Below are positions 1 to 11,200 of a stretch of 64,000 nucleotides of DNA, in pieces. This DNA comes from Myxococcales bacterium. GTDB taxonomy: Bacteria > Myxococcota_A > UBA9042 > JABWCM01 > BTVJ01. Under the pieces are notes generated by a model. It saw only the letters and a list, made by a program, of their open reading frames with translations. It did no database searches and was not told the DNA's origin. The stretch spans positions 26,601 to 90,600 of the forward strand of contig BTVJ01000029.1 in assembly GCA_045863395.1 (NCBI GenBank). The letters are read 5' to 3'. Within the stretch, counting starts at the first letter, position 1, and each line of letters begins with the position of its first letter. Both the position numbers and the translations under genes were made by a program.

Positions 1-346
1 GACTCTCAACCCCATGCCTCGCCGGCCCACCCCGTGGGGTACCCTGGAGACGACGCGCCGGGCAAACCTGCTCGGGGACGGGGACGGCTTCGACGGCGTG
101 GCTCCTGCTGGCAGCTTCCTAGCCGGACAGGGCCCATACGGCCACCTCGACCTGGCAGGCAATGTCGGAGAGTGGACGGCCACCCCCGTCGACGGCGCCG
201 ACCGCCACGGCATGCGCGTGATCCGAGGAGACTCCTGGGCCGACGACCCGCAGTTGGAGGGATACGTAGAGCCATTCCGCAACTCCCGGGACCCTCGCTA
301 CCTCTCGTTCGATCTGGGGGTCCGGTGTGCCGTGGACGGACCGTGA
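1..346 (+). CDS. Formylglycine-generating enzyme (FGE-sulfatase) domain protein, C-terminal part; 5' end lies outside the window
   Basis: PWG...AN, DLAGNVGEW, RVIRGDSW and LGVRC motifs; frame is open back to the window start. Confidence 0.85.
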   Translation, partial: TLNPMPRRPTPWGTLETTRRANLLGDGDGFDGVAPAGSFLAGQGPYGHLDLAGNVGEWTATPVDGADRHGMRVIRGDSWADDPQLEGYVEPFRNSRDPRYLSFDLGVRCAVDGP

Positions 347-439
347 AAGGGTATTGACGTCCAGTCCGTGGCATGCGACGTTCGACTCTTCCTAGGGTTC
401 TCAAACTACCAGATGGACCTGCCGAAGACGGAGGCGTCG

Positions 440-1198
440 ATGACCAACCCAGATCCCTATTATGGGAAGAGCGTGGTGATCACGGGCTACGACAGCCAGT
501 CCCGCGTGATCCAGATCTTCCTTCAGGACATTCGGGCGAACAGGACCGCCCTATGGGGTAACCGCAACGACATCTTGGACATGGATCCATCGAGCGCAAA
601 CCTATGCACCTACCCGCCGGTGATCTCCGAGGTGGGCGAGTACTTCATGGGGCGCGGCTGGTGCATCAACAACAGTGTCCCCATTACGGGCGAGACGAAG
701 CACCCGATCGCACTCCCGAAGGCCTACCCGACCCACAAGGTGGACGCGAGGGTGCAGGCCGTAGTTCCGGTCGTGCTGCTGCTGGAGGACACCAGCAACA
801 CGGGAGTGCCGGCGGGCGGCCTCCCCCCGTGGATCGGCCCCTTCGAGCTCGACCCCCTCGACAAGGACGTCACCGACCCCAATAAACAGATCGTGCCGAC
901 GGTGGGCACCAAGTTCACGGGCGCCCTGCTCAACGACATGTGGTTCATGAAGCGGGGGCTCCGCACTCAAGCACGCGGCCGGCAGTACATCTACTCTGGG
1001 CTGGTCGTGAGCCTCAACGTGACGCTTGCGTTCACCGGAGGCGCCTACGCCGGTCAGTCCGTAATGGTCAACCCCTTCAACTTGCGGCTCATCGCCCCGT
1101 CGCGAAAGTACGACCCGACGAGCCCCACGATGATCGATCTCGAGACGGTCGGCGCTCAGGGTGAGATCGCCATCGACGACACCTTCATCAACTCCTGA
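440..1198 (+). CDS. Hypothetical protein, 252 aa (276 aa if GTG 368 is used)
   Basis: GGAGG at 430-434 before ATG 440; globular-looking composition; no family recognised. Confidence 0.75.
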   Translation: MTNPDPYYGKSVVITGYDSQSRVIQIFLQDIRANRTALWGNRNDILDMDPSSANLCTYPPVISEVGEYFMGRGWCINNSVPITGETKHPIALPKAYPTHKVDARVQAVVPVVLLLEDTSNTGVPAGGLPPWIGPFELDPLDKDVTDPNKQIVPTVGTKFTGALLNDMWFMKRGLRTQARGRQYIYSGLVVSLNVTLAFTGGAYAGQSVMVNPFNLRLIAPSRKYDPTSPTMIDLETVGAQGEIAIDDTFINS

Positions 1199-1203
1199 GA
1201 CAC

Positions 1204-1238
1204 GCCCGCCACGCCGCGAGTCGCGGCGGCGTGCGGGC
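1204..1238. terminator. GC-rich hairpin between convergent genes, possible bidirectional terminator
   Basis: gcccgc-cacgccgcga / tcgcggcggcgtg-cgggc imperfect inverted repeat; no U-tract. Confidence 0.4.
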
Positions 1239-1246
1239 AGTCTGGG

Positions 1247-2179
1247 TCAGTCTCTTGTCGGGTGCGCCAGCATCTTGTGGAGGTTGGACACTCCCCTCCG
1301 CTTCCGATAGATGAGTCGCCAGGACGGGCCACGGACCGCCACGGCGAGGCCTCCCAGAGTGATCTCCAACCACCCCATCGCTCCGTCGGAGAATGTCAGC
1401 GGGAAGCTCATCAGAGGGAGATCGAGCGCGGAGGACCCATCATAGGGCTGGTCGCCCTCGACCGCTCGTCTCACGGTGTTGAGCAGGAAGTGCACCTCGA
1501 CCGCATTGACTTCACCAACCGCCCTGACGTCACGAAGGAGCTCGTCGAAGGATGCCGCGCCCACCGCAAGAGAGTCATCCGGTATGTCAATGAAGTCCGG
1601 TAGATCGATGCGGGGGGGGCAACCCCAGGGTTCGACCCTCGCCACGTCGATGCTCGCCTCCAGCGGGCCCACCGCATTGAAGGCCGATGCGCTGACGTAC
1701 CCTGTCGCGGCGACGACCGGGTGCCTCAACCATCGCGCGATGGACAACATGAGCAGCGGCCCGTCCTGGTTCTGATCATCGGGGTTGGAGCACGCCACGA
1801 GACATCCTACGAGCCAGATCTCGGCGTCAGGCTTCAGATAGGAGCCCTTGACCAACTGTAGGAGTGGGCGATAGCTGTCCACTCGCAGGCTGATGAGGTC
1901 AGCGCCAGAGTCTGATCCCCGCATGTTCAGGATCCCGGCATTGCCGTGACCGACGAGATACACCTTCGAGAGCCTGTCGAACTGACCGCGTGACCGGCAG
2001 TCCGCCGCCCAGGCGGCGACGCACTCTGTCCTGCTCTGCCGCGTTGCACCCTTTACCTTGGACATGACGAGGTTGATTGCGGGGTCCTGATCGCCAGGCG
2101 CTACGTTGGTCAGGACACTCGGGTCGGGTCGCGCGGCCTCCTCGTTGGGGAGCGGAAGACAATTTGCTGGCCAGGTCAC
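1247..2179 (-). CDS. DUF4347-like protein with putative His/Cys dyad and an unknown C-terminal domain
   Basis: VYLVGHGNAG...AEIWLVGCLVA...PVVAAT pattern; GGAGG upstream of the GTG start. Confidence 0.65.
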   Translation of the reverse strand: MTWPANCLPLPNEEAARPDPSVLTNVAPGDQDPAINLVMSKVKGATRQSRTECVAAWAADCRSRGQFDRLSKVYLVGHGNAGILNMRGSDSGADLISLRVDSYRPLLQLVKGSYLKPDAEIWLVGCLVACSNPDDQNQDGPLLMLSIARWLRHPVVAATGYVSASAFNAVGPLEASIDVARVEPWGCPPRIDLPDFIDIPDDSLAVGAASFDELLRDVRAVGEVNAVEVHFLLNTVRRAVEGDQPYDGSSALDLPLMSFPLTFSDGAMGWLEITLGGLAVAVRGPSWRLIYRKRRGVSNLHKMLAHPTRD

Positions 2180-2209
2180 GCTGCACCTCCGTTGGTTGGA
2201 TGGAATCCC

Positions 2210-5200
2210 CTACCCCTCCCTCTCCAGCCGCTCCAGGATCGCGATGGTCGGCGCATGGTTCCTGTCGATGCGCTGGAGCCTCTGAAGATAGTGCTTCGCC
2301 TTCGTCGTGTCACCAAGCTTGAGGCAGATCTGTCCCAAATTGAAGAAGATCTCGACCTTCACATCATCTGCGGCGTCGTGCTGCTGGAGCTGCATGGCCT
2401 GGTAGATGACCAGGGCCTGGTCGAAGAGCCCGAGGCGAATCAGGAGCCGCCCGTAGGAGAGCAGGTTCGGGAAGTACGTCGCGTCCTGCTTGTAGGCCCG
2501 TGCGTAAGACTGGAGCGCCTTGTCCCGCAGGCCGAGCTTCTCCTGGACGAGACCGAGCTGGTGGGCATACTTGGGGACGTGCTGGTGAAGGCGGCGCTGC
2601 TCCAGATAGCCGACGAACCACTCCAGCAGCGGCGCCACCTGCTCCCAGTCCTGGACCTGCTCGTAGAACGCGAGCATGGCCTTGACTGTCTCCGGGTCGT
2701 CCCGGCGCAGCTCGTAGGCCTTCTCGATGTTCTTGAGGAACAGGTCCTTGCGCCCGAAGCGGTCTCGCCAGATCAGCGCCTGCTCCCGGTAGAGGGCCGC
2801 CTTGTCCTTGTCTGTCTGGGCCCACTGGAGCTGGCGCTGGATCACCTCGACGAGCTCGGTCCACTTCTCGCGCCGCGCGTAGAGCGACCGCAGCGCCTCG
2901 TTGGCCCCGCGGTGGTTCGGGTCGAGGGCGATGACCTCCGTGTAGGCTGCCAGCGCGGCCTCCTCGTCGTCGCCCTGCTCCGCCTGGAGGCGACCAATCT
3001 TCACGAGCACGTCCAGCCGCTCGTCCGGGTCGTCGAGCTGGGGCAGGAGCTGCTCCAGGATCTCCAGGGCGTCCACCCAGTCCCCGTGCCGCTCCTTGAG
3101 ACGCGCGAGCACCCGCAGCGCGTAGATGTGCTCCGGCTCGTGCTCCAGCACCTCCTGGAGGTTGTCCATGGCCTTGTCCGGCTCGTCCAGGTGGCGCTCC
3201 CACAGCTCCGCAGACTTGACCAGCAGGCTGTTGCGCTCCGGCCCCCGAACCGTCAGCGCGATCTTCGCCTCGTACAGCTCCGCCAGCTCCCGCCAGCGCG
3301 CGTGCTTGTGGTACAAGCGCACCAGCTCGTTGATGGCGTCGGCGCTCCCCCGGTCCAGGTCGAAGACCCGCTGGTTGTACTCGATGGCCCCCTCCACGTC
3401 GCCGAGCTGGCGCTCATGGAGCCGCGCGAGCGCGTGCCATACGCCCATGCGCGCCTTGTCCGTGGTGGCCGCCTGCGCCTTGCGCTCCAGCACGGCCCGC
3501 AGCGGCTCCCACAGCTCCGCCGACGAGTAGAGCCGCTCCAGGGCCCCGAGGGCGTCCGTGTTGCCCGGCTGGAGCTCCGAGACCTCCTCCCACGCCTCCA
3601 TGGCGCCCTCTGGGTCGTGGAGCCTGTCCTCGCGCAGCCGCGCCAGCCGCAGTCTCAGCTCCACCAGCTCCCCGGCCGGGCGCCCCGGCACCGACGCCTC
3701 GCGCTCCAGCACCGTGGCCAGGCTCGCCCAGTCACCGGAGCTCTCGTAGAGCAGCTCCAGCATGCGCAGCGCCTCCGCATCGGCGCCATCCAGGTCCAGG
3801 ACGCGGCGGTAGGCGGAGACGGCCTTGTCCGTGTCCCGCAGCGCGCGGGCCGCGGTCGCCAGCTTCCCGTAGAGGCGGCGCTGCTCGTCGAAGGACAGCG
3901 GCAGCTCCGCGCGGCGCTCGCAGATCTCCACCAGGTCGGCATGCCTGCCGGCGCCCTCGTACAGGCGCTCCAGGGCTTCGAGGACGGCCGCGCTCTGGGG
4001 GTCGAGCTCCAGGGCGTGGCGCAGCCTCCTCTCGGCGCCGAGGACGTCGCCCAGCCGCTCCAGGCGCACCTCGCCGCTCCGGAGGAGCAGCGTGTGCTGC
4101 AGGCGCACGTCCATGAGCTGAGGCGCATCCACCGCCTGATCCAGCGCGTCGGCGAAGGCCCCCCAGCGGTCGAGGGACGCGGCCAGCTCGGAGAGCACCG
4201 GCAGCAGGGACGGGGCGCGGTTCGGGTCGTCCACCAGCGCGCGCCGCCACACGTCGAAGGCCGCCTCCGGGCGCCCGAGGCGGTCCCTGGTCAGGGCCCC
4301 GAGCGCCTCACCCAGCTCGCCACGCCGCACCGGGTCCCGCGTGGCCTGGATGCACAGGTCGAGGAGCTTCCCCATGTGGTCCCAGCGCTCCGTGCGCCGG
4401 TACACGGGCTCCAGCACGGCGAGCACGTCCTCGCGCATCTCCGGGTGGCGCCCTGCGAGCCGCTCCAACATCTGGAGGGCCTTGTCGCGTGTCGCGTCCT
4501 CGGACAGGAGCTCCGTCAGGAGGGCCAACGAGGCATCGGCGTCTCGCAGGCGATCGAGCAGGACCTCCGCGATGCCCAGGCGCAGCGCCTGTCGCTCTGA
4601 CGCCCCGGCGGCGGCCACCCTCCTCGCCAACAGGTCGACCAGGTCGCTCCAGCGCTCCTCCGCCACCAGAAGGCGCTCGAGGGCCGCGTGGGCCTCCGGG
4701 TGCAGCTCGTCGGCATCCAGGACCCTCCGGTAGCGCCGGATGGCCTCCTCCCGGTCCCCGGCTCGCTGCTCGGCCAGGCGCGCCAGCCACAGCGTCGCGT
4801 CGCGCCCCGGGTCCAGCTCCGGTGCCTCGTCGAGGAGCTCGCCGACCCGCTCCACCAACGTGCGCCAGCGCCCGTGGCGCTCCGCCACCCCGCAGAGGGC
4901 GGCGCGCACGTCCGCCGACGCGGTGTCCTCCCGGAGCGCGTGGGCCAGCGAGATGATCGCCTGGTCGGGCTCTGTCAGGCGGTGCTCCCACACCTCCGCG
5001 GCGCGCACGTGCAGAGCCGCCCGCTCGTCGGCCTCGGCGAAGTGCGGGAGCTGCATGGCGTACAGGCGCACGAGCTTGCGCCACTCCTGGGCGCCTTCAT
5101 ACAGGGGCTCGATGACCAGCGAGGCGTGGAAGTCGCCATCCCGGACCAGGTCCTCCAGGGCCTCCAGGGTCGGCGCGTGGTCGGGCTCCCACTCCACCAC

Positions 5201-8200
5201 CACCCGATAGAAGTCGAGCGCCTTCTCGGGGCTGCCCAGGTGGTCCTGCCACAGGCGGCCGATGGCGTGGTTGATGCCGATCTTGTCCCTGGGCGATGCG
5301 AACAGCTCGCGCTTGACGAGCAGCACGTCGAGCAGCTCGTGCCAGCCCTCGACCACGGGGTACAGGCGCTCCAGGCTCGTGACCGCGTAGAGGTTGTTCG
5401 GGTTGAGGTCGAAGATGGCGCGGTAGCACCCGACCGCCTCGTCGATGCGGCCCAGGTAGCGCTCGAAGATCTGCGCGAGGCGCGAGAGCACCTCCACCCT
5501 GCGCTCTGGCGCCTCCAGGTGCTCCAGGCGATCTTTGTAGATCGCGACCAGCCCGACCCAGTCCTTCTCGTCCGACGCGATGGCCTCCAGGCGCTCCGAG
5601 GCGTCCAGGTCCGCCGGGTTCAGGGCCAGGAGCGCGCGCAGGTGGTCGGCGGCGAGATCGCTCCGTCCAGTGCTCTGGCGCAGCTCGGCCGCCCGGCGGT
5701 GCAGGTCTCCCAGGGCGGTCGGGTCCTGCTCCCGCTCGATGCGGCGCTCCAGCAGACCGGCCAGCGCCTCGTCGTCCCCCTCCAGGTCGAGCTGCGCCTC
5801 CAGCGCCTGCTGGGCCCTCGGGTGCTCTGGGTGGCGCTCCGCGAGGCGCCCCCACAAGGGCAGCGCCCAGGCAGCGTCGCCGAGCTCCTCGGACAGCTCC
5901 GCCGCGCGCAGCAGGTAGCGATCCTGCAGGTCCGAATCCCCCACGCGGTCCGCCAGCCCCCGCCACAGATCGCGGAGCTGGGCCGCCAGCCCGGACCGCG
6001 TGGCCAGCGCGGCCACCTCGTCCTCCAGCCCCTCGTCCCCGGGAATCAGGGCAAGCGCCTCGCCCATTCGCTGGAGCGCGCTCTCCGGGTCGTCCGCCCT
6101 GTCCCGCAGGAGCTCCCCCAGGCGCAGGAGCAGGAGGGCCCGGGACTCCGAGTCGTCCGTGTGGGCGAGCTGGGCCTCGATGACCCGCGCCCACCGCTGC
6201 CACGGGGTCTCCTCCCCGTACTGCTCCTCGAGAAGAGTCGCCACGGTCGGCCGCTGGGAGTCCACGCCCTCGGGCAGCCGGTCGAGCAGGGACTCCAGCC
6301 AGCGCACGGCGGCGGCGTAGCCGGGGGCGGACTCGAACAGCAGCCGGACCTGCTCCAGCGCCTCCGCCAGGTCGTCCAGGTGCTCGGCGAGGAGGAAGGC
6401 CAGCTTGAAGCGCGTCTCCGTGGCGGCCACGGGGTCGGGCTCGGCGTCGATCCACGCCCGGTAGCAGTCCCCCAGATCCACGTAGTCGGCGCTGCGCAGG
6501 AGCGACCGCTCCAGCCGCGTGCGCGCCTCCTTGTTGCCCGGGTCGATCTCGAGCACCCGCCGCAGGTCGTCCGCGGCGCGCTCGGGCCGGCCGAGGAACT
6601 CGTCCCAGAGGTTGACGGCCTTCATGTAGAGAGCGACGCGCTCGCCCACGGCCTCGCTGATCAACGCCATGCGCTCGAACAGCTCGACCAGATCCTCCCA
6701 GCGCTCCAAGCGCCGGTACAGGCGCTCCAGGGACAGCGCCGCCTGTACGTCGCGCTCGTTGCGCCCGAGCACGTCGAGGTAGGCCCTGGCGGCGGCGGCG
6801 GGGTCGTCCAGGTGGCGCTCCCGCAGCTCGGCCAGACGCAGCCCGATGGACAGCTTGAGCTCCTCGCTGGCCACCTCCTGGAGCATCGCGGAGTAGAGCT
6901 TGTCGAGGTCGGACCAGGCGTCTCGCCTCCTGGCGGCCCGCTCCAGCTCGTCCAGGCGTGCGGGCGTGGGCGCGAGCCGCGCCGCGTCCCGCGCCGCCTG
7001 GAACCAGCCGTCCGCGTCGTGCAGCCGGTCCCGCTGGATGGCGGCGACCCGGTCCAGCGCCCCGGGGTCGGCCGTCTCCTCTGCGCGCTCCCGGAGCAGG
7101 GCGACCGCCTCGCTCCAGCGCCCGGCCCCCTCGTGGGCGGCGAGCAGCAGCTCCCCGACCCGCTCGGGCTCCACTCCGGCCGCCCACATGGCGCGGAGCA
7201 CCCGCTCCGCGGCCGGGTCCGCCGGGTCCTGGGAGACGAGCTCCCCCGCGAAGCCCAGGGCGAGGTCCACCTCGCCCCGCTTCTCCCAGAGCACCTCGCA
7301 GATGCGGCGCTTGAGGCGCAGCGCCTCCTCCTGCCGCTCCGGGTCGGGCTCGACGGCGTCCAGCGCCCGCACGAGGACGCGAGCGACGTCGTCCCACTGC
7401 TCGCTTCGGGCAAAGATCGCCTCCATCTGGGCGTAGGCGTCGGTCTCGCTGGGATCGAGCTGCAGGATGCGCTCATACAGCTCCAGGGCCTCCAGCTCCC
7501 GGTCGAGCGCCCCCTGGAGCAGGCTGCCCATCTGGTGAAGGACTGCGACCCGTTGCGCCGGGTCGTCCGTCGCGTCCACGACGCGCTCCAGCACCTGGAG
7601 GACCTTCTCCCAGTCGTCCATCCCGGCGTGGAGGTCCTCGAGCTGCTCCAGCGCAGCGAGGTTCCCTGGCTCGTCCTCCACCACCAGCCACAGCAGGGCG
7701 GCAGCCGTCTGGCCGTCGGCGAGCACGTCGCGGACGTGCCGCGCGGCCTGCCACGCGAGCGCCGCGCGCTGCCCCGCATCGTCGAGGCGGTCCCGCGCCT
7801 CCGCCACCAGATCGAGGAGCCTGGGCCCCGCGGACGGAGCGACGGCCACGGCGCAGAGCTCGGCCCACAGCGCGTCGTCGCCGGGCTGACGGGCGAAGGC
7901 CAGGGCCAGAAGCTCGAACGCGCGCTCCGGATCGCCGAGGCGGGTCGCAGCGAGGTGCGCCGCATGCCGCAGCCCGGCCACCGCGTCCGCCTGCTCGGGG
8001 AAGCGTTCCCCGCGCACGGTCTCCAGCTCGATGAGGCCCTCGGCGTCCCCCCGCTGCTCCAGAGCCTCGAGGAGGGCCTCGCTGGCCTCCCACCCCACGT
8101 CATCGCGGTTGACGAGGCGCCAGAGCTCGCGCACGGCGTCCCCGGCGGGGGCGGAGGACTGCCCCGCCACCTCGCGGTAGCCCTCCAAGGCGGCCGTCAC

Positions 8201-11200
8201 GTCATCGAGCTGGTCCTCCTGGAGGCGCGCCAGCGAGAGGATGAGGCCGTCGCGGAACGAGCCCGCTGGCTGAGCGCCGATCTGGTCTCGCAGGTGGGCG
8301 CCCAGGTCCTCCCACCGCCCCAGGGACTCCAAGAGGCGTCCGCGCGCCCTCAGCGATGAGTCATCGCCAGGATGCGCGCCGAGGACGCGGTCTACGACGG
8401 TCAGAGCCAGGTCGAGCTTCCCCAGGCGGTCCTCGTAGATCCCCGCCAGGGCGTAGAGCACCACGCGCTCCTGCTCCGGGTCCGCGAGCTCGGCCTTCCG
8501 GCGCAGGGCGGCCGCCGCCAGCTCCCAGCGCGCCGCATCGGTGGCGACGGCCTCCAGGGCCTCCAGGCTGTCCCAGGTGCGCCCCCGGCTCGCCGGATCC
8601 GCCGGCAGCGCCCGGAGGGCCTCGTCCCAGGCCTCGGGCGCCAGGGTGTCCATGAGCTCGGCCCAGCCGCCCGAGTCGGCGGCCAGCCCGATGAGCGCGC
8701 CGAGGGTCGCGGGGTCTCCGGGCCGGAGCGCCAGCGCGCGCTCCAGCGCCGCGCGGGCCTGCGCCTCGTCGCCGAGGCGGCTCCGGTGCAGCGCGGCGAT
8801 GTCCCGCAGCCCCTGGATCGCCTCGTCGAGGGTCGCCTCGCCGCCGTCCAGCGCGGCCTCGACCCGCAGCTCCTCCAGCAGAACCAGCTCCTCCGCGTCG
8901 GCCTCCAGGAGGGGGCGCAGCGCGGCGACCACCAGGGGGACGCTCCGGGGCCGGTCGGGCAGCGCGGGATCCTGGGCCATGGCGAGCAGCGCGTCCCGCG
9001 GAGCCGCGGCGCCGGGAACCGCCGCGGTGGCGGCCCGCAGGGCCAGGACGGCCCGCTCCACGTCGCTCAGGTGCTCCAGGAGGACGCCCGCAAGCTCCAA
9101 GTGGAGCCCGACCGTGTCCACCACGGCGGCATGGGCGATGCGGTGGCGGAGCAGCCCGGCCACGGCGTCCCAGTCCTCGGCGGCCCGCGCGAGGCGCAAG
9201 AGCTCGCCCACGATGTCGTCGTCGCCCCCATCCAGGGCCAGCGCCGCCTGGAGCAGCGCCGTGGCCTCGGCCGGCTGCTGCAGCTCGCTCTCCGCCACGG
9301 CAGCGGCCGAGCGCAGCAGCGCCTTGCGGCGGCGGCGCTCAGGCTCGATCTCGGCCTGCTTGCGCAGCACGAGGAGCAGGCACTCGTGATCACCGGTCTG
9401 GCGGTACAGGCGAGCCAGGGCAAGGAGCAGCTCGGGGTCGCTCGGCGTGTGCCCCAGGACCTCCTCGTAGCAGGCGATCGCGCCGTGGGCATCCCCGAGC
9501 CTGCGGTCCAGGATGTCGGCCTGGCGGCGAAGCAGCTCGAGGCGAGCCGGCTGGTCCTCCAGCGGGCGGGCGAGCGAGGCGTCGGCGACCCCGACGCCCG
9601 TGGCGGCCGCATACAGGGCGGCCAGAGGCGCCCAGAGGTCCGCGGCCTCCGCCGCCCGTGTCAAGCCACCCCACACGTCCGAGGACTCGGGGCGGTGCAG
9701 GAAGACCTCGCGGTGCAGATCGAAGGCCCGACCGGGGGCGTCCGCCTCGTGGAGCCGAGCAAGCTCCGCGAGCACGTCGAGGCGCACGTCCGGGTGCTCC
9801 TCCAGGGTCGCCCGCGTCTCCAGGGCGGCGAGGAGGGCGGCGGCGTCGCCGGTGCGCCGCGCGGCGGCCTCGAGGACCGTCGCCGCCTCCCGCTGCCTCA
9901 CCCCGCGGGCCACAAGCCCGGCCACGGCCGCCCGGGCGTCCACGTGGCCCGGGGCCTCCTCCAGCACGCGCGCCCACAGCGACAGCGCCCGCTCCGCCGA
10001 GCCCAGGTGGTCCCCGTGCAGCCGGCCCAGCTCCACCAGCAGCTCGTGGCGGTGCCCGAGATCCAGCTCGACGGCCACCGCGGCGGCGAGCAGCTCGGCC
10101 AGCTCCGCCCCCCTCCCCTGGCGCTCCAGCATGCGGCGCGCCCCCTCCAGCGCCGCCCGGTCCGCCGGGTCGAGCGCCCTGAGGCGCTGGTAGACCTCCA
10201 AGGCCCGGTCCGGGCGGTCCAGGAAGTCCTCGTACAGCTCGCCCAGGCGCAGGAGCCAGGTGCGGCTGTCGGGGCGCCCCTCCGCCGCGTGGACGCGCAG
10301 CCACAGCGTGCTCTCCAGGCGCCCCCAGTCGCTGCTCCGGATGGCGATCTCCTCCAGACCGGACAGCGCCTCGTCGCTGGTCGCGTCGATGGCAAGCGCC
10401 TGCTCGTAGAGCACCGCGGCCTCCTCCGGCCGCTGCATGCGCTCCCGGAGCACCCGCGCGTGGAGCAGCACGACCTGGAGGCGCGCGCCGTCTTGATCCC
10501 CGAGGAGCTCCGCGGCCTGGTGGCAAGCGGCGGCGAGGTCCTCGAAGCGGTCGGCCTCCTCGGCGAGGCTCACCAGGCGGAAGAGATCGCCCGCGCCGCC
10601 CTCCCGAGCCGCCGCCAGCACGGCGCGCACCGCCCAGGCAAAGGCGATGTCCGGCTCCCCGAGCCGCGCCCCGTGCAGCTCGACCAGGCGCTCCATCGCG
10701 CCGCGGGCCTCCGTCGGGTCGTCGGCGTGAGTCGCGATGACGGCCTGCACCTCCGCGAGCTTGCGCCAGGCCTTGCGCTCCTCGTAGCGCCGGGACAGGG
10801 CGCGGGCGGCCTGCACGTGGTCCGGCGCTGCCGCCAGGACCCCCTCCCAGCGCATCAGGGAGCGGCGAGGGTCATGGAGCTGATCATCGTAGAGGCGGGC
10901 CAGCTCGACGAGCATGTCGACGCGGTCCTCCGCGTCGCCCAGGTGTGCTGCGGCCTTCTCGATGACCGTGGCCCAGCCGCGCCAGTCGCCCCGGGCCGCG
11001 TGCTCGTCGCGCAGCTCCGCCCAGGAGCGGTCGTCCAGCGACAGGGCCTGGAGGCCGGCGCGAAGGTCGGCGCTGGCGGGCCTGGACTCCGCCAGCGCCT
11101 CCTGCGCCCGCGCCACGCCGCCCTCGTCGCCCAGACGCTCCTTGCGCAGCCGTGCCACCTCCTCCCACAGCGCGGCGCGCCGCTGCCGCGTGGGCGCGGT

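Noticed and set aside
230..346. FGE-sulfatase C-terminus as a diversity-generating retroelement variable region
   Set aside because: No template repeat or reverse transcriptase seen in this window; sequence upstream cannot be assessed
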